The notes under the pieces were generated by a model that was not told where the DNA came from, did no database searches, and saw nothing but the letters and a program-made list of their open reading frames with translations. Positions 19,596 to 27,289 of a stretch of DNA of 64,000 nt are shown here, one piece after another (position 1 is the stretch's first letter; every line of letters begins with the position of its first letter). The translations under genes were made by a program, and so were the position numbers. The stretch is from Nitrospiraceae bacterium (lineage in GTDB: Bacteria > Nitrospirota > Nitrospiria > Nitrospirales > Nitrospiraceae): NCBI GenBank assembly GCA_050246315.1, contig JBFWWG010000001.1:625128-689127 (forward strand). The letters are read 5' to 3'.

Positions 19596-21782
19596 ATGAA
19601 GCCCGAATCGGCGCTTCAAATCGGCACCGTGATCCTTCTCACCGGGGCCGTCTTCGCCTTGGACCTCATCACCCCGCGGGCCTGGGCGGTCCCCATCCTG
19701 TACCTGCTGCCGCTGTTCCTGAGCTATGACTTCCCCCGTCCCCGGCTCGTGTTCGAAGTCTGTCTCTTGATGACCCTGCTCTCGGTAGTCGGGTATCTTT
19801 TGTCGGAGCCGGCGCTTGATCCGCGGGCGGCGCAATTCAACCGACTCACGACGATCGCAGTGCTATGGACAGCGGCCATCGGCATGCAGAGCCGGAAGCG
19901 TGCCGTCGGAATGGCGGCGGCCGAAGCCGAGCGGCGTAAGCGGGAGGCGGAACGGGCTGCAGAGCAGTTTCAATTGTTGGTGGAATCGACGCCAAGCGGC
20001 CTGTTGCTTGTGGACCAAAATGGGCGTGTCGAGATGATCAATCAGGTGGTGGAACGGCTCTTCGGGTACGAGCGGGCCGAGCTGATTGGGCAATCGGTGG
20101 ACGTGCTGGTCCCCGAACAGGTCCGGCCGGAGCATGTGGTGGAGCGGGAGCGGTTCATGCGGGCGCCCAGCGCCCGCCGGATGGGGAAAGGGCGGGACCT
20201 GCAGGGTCGCCGAAAGGATGGGACAGTATTCCCGGTCGAAATCGGGTTGAGCCCGATTCGGACAGCGGAAGGTCTACGAGTCCTTGCCGTCGTGGTGGAT
20301 ATTACGGAGCGCAAGCAGGCCGAGCAGCTCCTGAACCAAAGGGAAGAACAATACCGGCGATTGGTCGAAGTGTCGCCGGTCGCCATCCTGATCAGTCGCG
20401 GCAATCGGGTGGTGTTCATCAATGAGCAAGGCGTGAAACTGTTTGGAGCCGACCGAACCGAGCAGCTCATCGGGAAGTCCCTGTCCTCGCTGTTTCATCC
20501 CGAGGACCATGCCGTGATACAAGAACGGATCCACGGATTAGTGGAGGGGATACGGACGGTCCCCTTGGTCGAGGAACGGATCATCCGACTGGATGGATCG
20601 AGCGCGGATGTGGAAGTGACGGCGGCGCGATTCGTCGACCACGACGGCCCGGCGATCCAGGTCGTGCTGCGCGACATCACGGACCGCAAGCGCGCGGAGG
20701 AAGCGTTGCGTGCGAGCGAGGAACGCTTCAAAGCTTTCATGGACCATAGTCCCGCCATGGCCTATATGAAGGATGAGCAAGGCCGATATGTCTACATGAA
20801 CGAACCGTTCGAACGCCTGTTGTCCGAGCTGAGCAACCGAGAGTTCGTGGAGTGGGAAGGGAAGACCGACGAGGCCTTCTGGCCGGCGGAGACCGCCCGA
20901 CAGTTTCGGGCGAACGATGCGGAGGTGTTGTCGGCGAACAAGCCCGCGACGAAGGTTGAGCAGACGGTCGATCTCCGAGGGGGCACACAACATTGGCTCT
21001 CCTTCAAATTCCCGCTGGTGGACCCGCAGGGGACCACATATCTGGCCGGCGTATCCGTGAATGTGACCGAGGAGAAGCGACTGGAGGCGCAGTTGCGAAA
21101 AACGGAACGGATTGCGGAGCTGGGCACGCTGGCATCCGGGATGGCCCATGAAATCGGAACCCCGATGAACGTGATTCTCGGCCGGGCCGAGTACTTGCTG
21201 CAGAAAACCGCGGATGAAACCATCAAGAAGGGGTTGACCACGATCATCACACAGGTCGAACGGATCACGAGGGTGATGAACCAGCTGCTCGCGTTCGCCC
21301 GCCGCAAGCCGCGGGAACGTGGTCCGGTCGAGCTCAAGGAACTGATCGAAGACGGCCTGGACATGTTTCACGAACGCTTGAGCCGTCACCATATCGTCGT
21401 CGAGTGGACGGTGGACGGGTCGCTCCCGACGATGATCGCCGATCGGGATCAGTTGATGCAGGTGTTGATCAATCTGGTCGCCAACAGCCTGCACGCGATG
21501 GATCAGGGAGGGACGTTGCGGGTCGTCGCGACGAGGGTGGGTGACCAAGCGCGTCTGGAGATCGGCGATACGGGCCGAGGCATTCCACCCGATGTCCAGT
21601 CCAAGGTGTTCGATCCCTTTTTTACGACCAAAGAATTCGGAAAGGGAACGGGTCTCGGTCTGACCGTGGTTAAGGGGATCGTCGAGGAACACGGCGGGAG
21701 CATCTCGATGGACAGCCGGGTCGGTGAGGGCACGACCGTCACGATCCTCCTGCCTCTTGATCCGGATCAGAAGCCGAGCTAA
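19596..21782 (+). CDS. Membrane sensor histidine kinase with three PAS/PAC domains
   Basis: N-terminal TM region; three PAS/PAC domains ending DITERK/DITDRK/NVTEEK; H-box AHEIGTPM; N, G1 (DTGRGI), F (FDPFFTTK) and G2 (GTGLGL) boxes. Confidence 0.93.
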   Translation: MKPESALQIGTVILLTGAVFALDLITPRAWAVPILYLLPLFLSYDFPRPRLVFEVCLLMTLLSVVGYLLSEPALDPRAAQFNRLTTIAVLWTAAIGMQSRKRAVGMAAAEAERRKREAERAAEQFQLLVESTPSGLLLVDQNGRVEMINQVVERLFGYERAELIGQSVDVLVPEQVRPEHVVERERFMRAPSARRMGKGRDLQGRRKDGTVFPVEIGLSPIRTAEGLRVLAVVVDITERKQAEQLLNQREEQYRRLVEVSPVAILISRGNRVVFINEQGVKLFGADRTEQLIGKSLSSLFHPEDHAVIQERIHGLVEGIRTVPLVEERIIRLDGSSADVEVTAARFVDHDGPAIQVVLRDITDRKRAEEALRASEERFKAFMDHSPAMAYMKDEQGRYVYMNEPFERLLSELSNREFVEWEGKTDEAFWPAETARQFRANDAEVLSANKPATKVEQTVDLRGGTQHWLSFKFPLVDPQGTTYLAGVSVNVTEEKRLEAQLRKTERIAELGTLASGMAHEIGTPMNVILGRAEYLLQKTADETIKKGLTTIITQVERITRVMNQLLAFARRKPRERGPVELKELIEDGLDMFHERLSRHHIVVEWTVDGSLPTMIADRDQLMQVLINLVANSLHAMDQGGTLRVVATRVGDQARLEIGDTGRGIPPDVQSKVFDPFFTTKEFGKGTGLGLTVVKGIVEEHGGSISMDSRVGEGTTVTILLPLDPDQKPS

Positions 21783-21822
21783 GACCGGCAACTCGACCAG
21801 TCTGCCCAGTCTCAAGCCCTCC

Positions 21823-21839
21823 TGGCGCAATCTGCGACA
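21823..21839. promoter_or_regulatory. Candidate enhancer (UAS) palindrome for a sigma54 activator
   Basis: TGGCGCA-ATC-TGCGACA about 140 nt upstream of the -24 element; related half sites near 21856 and 21885. Confidence 0.4.
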
Positions 21840-21975
21840 GGCGCTGCATGAACAATGTCGCGCTTGTCATCAGTCAAGCCGGTTGTCCCGATTGGGCGAG
21901 CCATGCAAGTCATAGAAAACACGAGACTATTGTTTGGGATCGCGTCGTGTCGAGAGGAGTGGCCGTCAGCGACGC

Positions 21976-21990
21976 TGGCACTTTCCTTGC
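21976..21990 (+). promoter_or_regulatory. Sigma54 -24/-12 promoter
   Basis: TGGCACTTTCCTTGC matches TGGCAC-N5-TTGC, upstream of the receiver gene. Confidence 0.7.
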
Positions 21991-22075
21991 GAGACCCTGT
22001 CATCCAGAATTGCTCTCATCCAGCAGCATTCGAAATGACCGGGAGTGCGCCTCGGTCGAGAGAGGGAGAGGGACA

Positions 22076-22450
22076 GTGCGCGTCCTGCTGATCGTGGAAG
22101 ATGACAGGGAGATGCGCAGCTTGCTCTGTGACGGGCTGTGGGACCTGGGGTTGTCGATTCGTGAAGCCGCGGACGGCGACGAAGCACTGCGGGTGGTGCT
22201 CGAATCCTGTCCGGACGTGATTATTACCGATTTGCGGATGCCGGCGGGGGGGCTCGATTACGTGGCGCGGCTTCGTACCTTCGTGCCGCAGGCACCCATC
22301 ATTCTCATGACCTCATTTGGGGACGCCCAAACCAAGGCCGAGGCCCTCGCTTTGGGCGTCTCTGCCTACTTCGACAAACCGCTTCGGATGAGCGAGCTTC
22401 GGGCCAAGGTGCAGGAGATCTTGGGGCCTTTTTCGGTTCCGTTGTCGTAG
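22076..22450 (+). CDS. Stand-alone response regulator receiver protein
   Basis: LLIVEDD, DVIITDLRMP, ILMTSFG, YFDKP; GTG start after GGGAGAGG. Confidence 0.88.
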   Translation: MRVLLIVEDDREMRSLLCDGLWDLGLSIREAADGDEALRVVLESCPDVIITDLRMPAGGLDYVARLRTFVPQAPIILMTSFGDAQTKAEALALGVSAYFDKPLRMSELRAKVQEILGPFSVPLS

Positions 22451-22552
22451 GAGACAGGATGTAGCCCGATCTCGATCAAGCCCGAATCAGCCATTCATTC
22501 GCAGTAAGCAGTGGCGTATAATAGGGGCGCCATGGCCGGAAGCTCCCCTGAC

Positions 22553-23935
22553 ATGTCCGACACCCCCATCGATCCAGTCCTTGCGGCGCGAGTCGAAGCG
22601 ATCCGCGCGTTGGCTGACCATCAAAGCGAACGGGTGATGGTCGTCAGCCCGAACCTGACGGTGATCTATGCCAACCACGCCGCATGGCCGACTGGAGAAG
22701 TGCCGATCACTTCTTCGAAACCCACCAAGTGCTACGAAGCCATACTCCATCGACAGGTCCCCTGCAGTGCTTGCCCGGTGACGGAAGTCTTCGCGTCGGG
22801 CGAGGTGAAATCGGTGGCCTGTTCGGCCGGAGGGGTGAGACACGCCTGCGGGATGTCTCAGGCCTATCCGCTGAAGGCCAGTACTGGCCGGACCGATTCC
22901 GTCCTGGTCCTCTTCCGCGACGTACGAGATTCGGATGCCGGTGCTCAGACGGTCACAGATCGCCCCGGGTCTGTGTCGAATGAGCCGCAGGGTGCGGGGC
23001 TCGGTGACCTGGTGGGTCGCGGGCCCGCCATGCGAAAGCTGTTCGATACGATCACGCTCGTGGCCAACAGCCAGGCCACGGTGCTGCTTCAAGGAGAGAG
23101 CGGAAGCGGGAAGGAACTGGTCGCCCGCACCATCCACCGCCTCAGCCCTCGTCGGGAGAAGCCGCTGGTGGTTGTGGAGTGCAGCTCCCTGCCCGAGACG
23201 CTGCTCGAAAGCGAGCTGTTCGGTCACGTCAAGGGCGCCTTCACCGGAGCGGTGACGACGAGGCGCGGCCTGTTCGAAGAGGCCGACGGTGGCACGATCT
23301 TCCTGGATGAAATTGCCGATACCACGCTGACCTTTCAAGCCAAGCTGTTGCGTGTGCTGCAAGAAGGGGAGGTCAAACCGGTCGGGAGCAGCCGATCGGT
23401 GAAGGTGGACGTGCGGGTCGTCTCCGCCACCAATAAGAGCCTGTTCGACCTGGTGAAGGCGAAGCAGTTCCGTGAAGACCTCTATTACCGCTTGGCTGTG
23501 CTGCCGATCTTCATGCCGCCGCTCCGCCACCGGGCCGAAGATATCCCGCTGCTGATCGATCGGTTTGTGGCCCAAACAAGCCGGCGGCATAACCGTCCAT
23601 GCAAGCCGGTGACCCAGGAGGCGGCGGAGGCCCTCGCGGCCCATGAATGGCCGGGGAACGTGCGCGAGTTGCTGAATCTGGTGGAGCGGGTGGTCGTCAC
23701 GGCCAAGGGGGACCGGTTGACCCTGGAAGACTTTTTCGGCCCGGCCGCGGCGTCGCCCGGCTTACAGGACCTGCGGACGGTTGTGCGCGACGTCGCCTCC
23801 CAGACGGAGCGGACCAAAATCGTGGAAGCACTGGCGCAGGCCGATGGAAACCGCGTCAGGGCCGCGAAGCTGCTCAACATCAGCCGTGCAAGTCTCTATA
23901 ACAAACTCCGCGTCTATGGCCTGGCCGACGCATAG
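22553..23935 (+). CDS. Sigma54 enhancer-binding protein with an N-terminal Cys-bearing PAS-like domain
   Basis: KCYEAILHRQVPCSACPV; GESGSGKE, GAFTGA, FLDEI, WPGNVREL; HTH LNISRASLYNKL; start uncertain (22511-22553). Confidence 0.92.
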   Translation: MSDTPIDPVLAARVEAIRALADHQSERVMVVSPNLTVIYANHAAWPTGEVPITSSKPTKCYEAILHRQVPCSACPVTEVFASGEVKSVACSAGGVRHACGMSQAYPLKASTGRTDSVLVLFRDVRDSDAGAQTVTDRPGSVSNEPQGAGLGDLVGRGPAMRKLFDTITLVANSQATVLLQGESGSGKELVARTIHRLSPRREKPLVVVECSSLPETLLESELFGHVKGAFTGAVTTRRGLFEEADGGTIFLDEIADTTLTFQAKLLRVLQEGEVKPVGSSRSVKVDVRVVSATNKSLFDLVKAKQFREDLYYRLAVLPIFMPPLRHRAEDIPLLIDRFVAQTSRRHNRPCKPVTQEAAEALAAHEWPGNVRELLNLVERVVVTAKGDRLTLEDFFGPAAASPGLQDLRTVVRDVASQTERTKIVEALAQADGNRVRAAKLLNISRASLYNKLRVYGLADA

Positions 23936-24027
23936 CCGGAGGTTGAAAAAGCCCGCCAGCGTTGGTTGGGGCACCCATTGCCGACCTTTCCTGATGCAAT
24001 GGGTCTTACGCGAAGCGGCTCGAGCTT

Positions 24028-24540
24028 TCAGTCCTTCAGCCCGACCATGAACTCACTGAATTGTCGGTTCTGCAGAACGCCTCCGCCGGGGTGAAACAGC
24101 ACGACCTGGCCTTCGGCGTTCAGCAGCACATAGGTCGGCGTCGCGTTGATCTTGAACGATTGCGCCACCCACCGGTCTTCATCGTAGGCGGTCGGGAAGA
24201 CAAAGGTGTCGGGCCGCCCCTTCACGAATTGCTCGACATTCGTTCTCGTGTCCGCAAATCCGATCGACAGGATGCGGAGCGGCGCCGGCTTGCCGCGCCG
24301 AGAGAATTCCCCGAGCAGCGGCAAGTCGCGTTGACAGACTCTGCACCAGGGTGCCCAGAAGACTAGCAGAACCGGCCGTCCCTTGAGCGACTCGTTGCTG
24401 TAGGCCTGGCCCGCGAACGTCACCAGTTCGAAGGACGGCGCCGGTGAGTTCAAGGTCGCCGCCTCCGATTCCGTCGGAATGCAAAGTGCGAATAGACACG
24501 CGACAATGCTGAGGCTGATCCAACGCATGGTGACGCTCAT
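24028..24540 (-). CDS. TlpA/redoxin family thiol-disulfide oxidoreductase, exported
   Basis: Signal peptide; APSFEL, LKGRPVLLVFWAPWCRVC, cis-Pro ATPT. Confidence 0.88.
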   Translation of the reverse strand: MSVTMRWISLSIVACLFALCIPTESEAATLNSPAPSFELVTFAGQAYSNESLKGRPVLLVFWAPWCRVCQRDLPLLGEFSRRGKPAPLRILSIGFADTRTNVEQFVKGRPDTFVFPTAYDEDRWVAQSFKINATPTYVLLNAEGQVVLFHPGGGVLQNRQFSEFMVGLKD

Positions 24541-24542
24541 CC

Positions 24543-25022
24543 TCAAGGCTTGATGTACAGATAGCCCTCTCTCTGTAAGTCCGCGATCCGCTTGACCGCG
24601 ACCGGATGTAACGTGGCGACAAAGCCCTTCGCCAACTTGTCGATGGTCTTGCCGAACATCTTCATCGAGACTTGACACATCTCCGCCTTGGCCCCTTTCT
24701 CGATGATCTGATCGAACCGTTTCGTCATCTCCGGGTCCATCGTATCCTTCTCGAACAATTCGAGCGCCGGGCCGTGCACGACCAACTCGACATCGATCTT
24801 GTCCGGACCGCCTTCGGCGTCGATATGTTTGTTGATGAGCGCCAGCGCATACTTGGCCACCTCGGGGTCCTTGCCGTCCACATGATACAGCACCTTGACC
24901 TTCTCCTTTGGCGCGTCCGCCGCCAAGGCGTGGCTTGGGGCCAAGGATGTCAAGGCCATGAAGGCCGCTGCCACTACTATCATTGTGATGCATAACTGGT
25001 TCCTTCTCGATTTCGTCACCAT
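24543..25022 (-). CDS. Exported DsrE family protein
   Basis: Signal peptide ending ALA; KVLYHV, ELVVHGPAL, single Cys EMCQVSM, C-terminal LQREGYLYIKP; RBS GGAGAG. Confidence 0.85.
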   Translation of the reverse strand: MVTKSRRNQLCITMIVVAAAFMALTSLAPSHALAADAPKEKVKVLYHVDGKDPEVAKYALALINKHIDAEGGPDKIDVELVVHGPALELFEKDTMDPEMTKRFDQIIEKGAKAEMCQVSMKMFGKTIDKLAKGFVATLHPVAVKRIADLQREGYLYIKP

Positions 25023-25148
25023 GGCTCTCTCCTCTCCATATGAAGGGTCATAATCCCTGCCCGCTCAGGTTCATGCATAGATTGTAGTCGCCAATGCTCA
25101 GCAGAATACAGAGGATGAGCACGGCGGGAGGAAACTATTCTTCCCCTA

Positions 25149-25176
25149 GCCGATAGGGGAGAGCACCCCTATCGGC
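25149..25176. terminator. Strong hairpin, possible terminator
   Basis: GCCGATAGGGG-AGAGCA-CCCCTATCGGC, an 11-bp perfect stem between the WD40 fragment and dsrE; no clear U-tract. Confidence 0.45.
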
Positions 25177-25344
25177 AATAACCGCGGATGTTGCAGAGAG
25201 ATCAAACGGTTCACAGTGATGAGGGCAACACCAGATCTCTCGATGCAAGACAAGACTGGTACTCCAAGCCATGGGTCGGTGGCGCGTCAGGTCGGGAGGC
25301 GAGAAGTGGGCTATCTCAGTATAGAGTAGGACTGCTGCCACGTC

Positions 25345-25800
25345 CTATGTGGCTGGCTCTGCACTTGTTGTTTCTGGAAATTCAGGTAGGTCTAGGCAAG
25401 TCTTGTGGTAGGGTCGATCGCCAAAGAATTTCTTCCATTCGTCCTCCTTCGAAAAGTTTCGGTTGGCCATTTTGCACGCCCGTTCTTTTAGCGATCCAGG
25501 ATCAAAATCCCACAAGCGGATGCTCCCATCGAAACTCGCAGAGGCAAGCGTGCGGCCATTTGGGCTGAAGGTGACGCTTGACACCGTCTTAGTATGGCCT
25601 TCGAGGAGAGGTTTGAGGGGTTGGCGGATTTTCACATCCCACAAGCGAACAGTCATGTCTGAACTCGCAGAGGCAAGGGTACGGCCATCGGGACTGAAAG
25701 CGACGCTGAGCACGCTGCTGGTATGACCGGCAAGGGAACCAGTAGGTTGTCTTGTTTTACTATCCCACAAGCGAACAGTCTTATCGAGACTCGTGAGGGT
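25345..25800 (-). pseudogene. C-terminal fragment of a WD40-repeat protein (STAND/NLR-like sensor tail)
   Basis: Two full WD repeats (GHT..V.SV.FSP.GRTLASAS.D...RLWD) and the typical tail ACKMANRNFSKEDEWKKFFGDRPYHKTC; no proper start, in-frame TAG just upstream; more AT-rich than its flanks. Confidence 0.8.
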
Positions 25801-25847
25801 CTATATGAGGGTCAGCATATATGAGGGTCATGTCTTGTAATCACGCA
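25794..25847 (+). repeat. Left end of the RAYT element: three TGAGGGTC units and inverted repeat GTCTTGTAATCACGCA
   Basis: TGAGGGTC at 25794, 25806 and 25822; 25832-25847 pairs with 26704-26719 (2 mismatches). Confidence 0.7.
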
Positions 25848-25872
25848 AGACGTTGGCTACATTGGCGCGTCT

Positions 25873-26710
25873 ATGGCACGGCCATAGCGCATTGAGTACG
25901 CCGGGGCGGTCTATCATGTCACGAGTCGCGGGAACGCGCGGCAGGATGTGGTGGCAGACGACCGAGATCGGGTCACCTTCCTCGCGCTGCTCGCTCACGT
26001 GGTCCATCGCTTTGCATGGCGCTGCCATGCCTATTGCCTGATGGACAATCACTATCATCTCCTTATCGAAACACCGCAGCCCAACCTCTCACGGGGTATG
26101 CGCCAACTAAATGGACGCTATACCCAAGACCTATAACCGGAAACATCATCGTGTGGGGCATCTGTTCCAGGGGCGCTTCACCGCGATTCTCGTGGAGAAA
26201 GACGCGCATCTCCTCGAGCTCTGTCGCTATGTGGTCCTCAATCCCGTGCGAGCGAGCCTAGTCCCCCATCCGCGGCTATGGCCGTGGAGTAGTTATCGTG
26301 GCACAGTGGGCGAGACGCACGCTCCCCTTTGGCTGACGACAGACTGGATTTTGGGTCAGTTTGGCCAACGAGTCGGGCCGGCACAAGAGAAGTATCGCTC
26401 CTTTGTCGCCGAAGGACGGGGCGGACCCCGGCCGTGGGAGCAGTTGAGGGGGCAGATCTATCTGGGCTCGGACAAGTTCATTGCCACCCATCAACCGGAT
26501 CGGCCTATCCGCGAGATCCCGCGCCGTCAGACACAAGCCCAGCGGCCTTCCTTACAGACGTTATTTCATCGACAAAGCGGGACGGCGCGGCAGATCGCTG
26601 TGGCCTACCGACGCTATGGTTATCGGCTGACGGAGATCGCGGACCATTTGGGCGTACACTACGCGACGGTGAGTCGCCGGCTGAGGCAAGTCGAGAGGGA
26701 GGATGTGTGA
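25873..26710 (+). pseudogene. REP-associated tyrosine transposase-like (Y1/HUH) gene with C-terminal HTH, disrupted
   Basis: MARP*RIEYAGAVYHVTSRGN, YCLMDNHYHLL (HUH), GHLFQGRF, RYVVLNPVRA, WPWSSY, EIADHLGVHYATVSR; TAG at 25885 and a +1 frameshift near 26128. Confidence 0.9.
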
Positions 26711-26722
26711 TTGCAAGACCCC
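26704..26722 (+). repeat. Right inverted repeat of the RAYT element
   Basis: TGTGTGATTGCAAGACCCC, overlapping the transposase stop codon. Confidence 0.7.
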
Positions 26723-26825
26723 ACAAGGGAAAATAATCAGCCACACCAAAGGAAGTGAGAATCCTCGCCGGGCCATCGTAGCATGACCGGATCTGTCCCT
26801 TCCCGCCCCATTTGAGATCTCCAAA

Positions 26826-26920
26826 TGTCCAAAGAAATAGACAGTCTAACCGCTTGAAATCTGGTAGAGCGGCTTTGGTTTCCTGCCCGCACTGTCTAAC
26901 CGTTTGGAAATCGCGAGAGC
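26826..26920. promoter_or_regulatory. Candidate enhancer sites TGTCYAA-N4-TTRGACA and a 50-bp-period direct repeat
   Basis: TGTCCAA-AGAA-ATAGACA (26826), AGTCTAA-CCGC-TTGAAAT (26843), TGTCTAA-CCGT-TTGGAAA (26893); 100-190 nt upstream of a sigma54 promoter. Confidence 0.5.
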
Positions 26921-27010
26921 CGAATTCGGTTGGAATCGCGTGATCCGAACGGACCTAACTATTGGTTTTGTCTGAACAAAGTCATGGGCTGTGGTATCCA
27001 ACGCCGAGAT

Positions 27011-27025
27011 CGGCACGCAGATTGC
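27011..27025 (+). promoter_or_regulatory. Sigma54 -24/-12 promoter of the multicopper oxidase gene
   Basis: CGGCACGCAGATTGC (GGCACG-N4-TTGC, GG-N10-GC). Confidence 0.65.
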
Positions 27026-27039
27026 GCTAAGCCCAAGCC

Positions 27040-27270
27040 GCCGGTGGAGGTATGGGTGATTAGGACCGGCCTCCGAATGACCCTGCCCATCACGCGATGG
27101 GACCCTCCACCGGCATTAACCGATGATCTCGTGAGGCGCCCAGGGTCAACAGGGAGACGGAACCGACCTGGAGCGAGACACGGACCAGAGTAGAGGCAGG
27201 GTGGAGAGGCAGACAGGGAAGGGTTGCGATCCAAGTCCATACAACCGACCGCGATGTCGCGGTCTTTTTC
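27040..27270 (+). ncRNA. Candidate structured 5' leader/attenuator
   Basis: 11-bp stem GCCGGTGGAGG/CCTCCACCGGC enclosing two hairpins; terminator-like GACCGCGA-TG-TCGCGGTC-TTTTT just before the RBS. Confidence 0.4.
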
Positions 27271-27289
27271 AACACAAGGAGGCCGTCGT

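Noticed and set aside
22466..22479. CCGAT-N4-ATCAA as an FNR box
   Set aside because: Two mismatches in one half site and no supporting promoter
24028..24993. 321-aa ORF as a single long TlpA
   Set aside because: The N-terminal half overlaps dsrE in another frame; the real start with a signal peptide is at about 24540
25885..26136. Readthrough or programmed frameshift in the RAYT gene
   Set aside because: Two independent lesions and no recognisable slippery site; pseudogenisation is simpler
26841..26920. Direct repeats as a mini CRISPR array
   Set aside because: Only two imperfect units, no cas genes; position fits enhancer sites better
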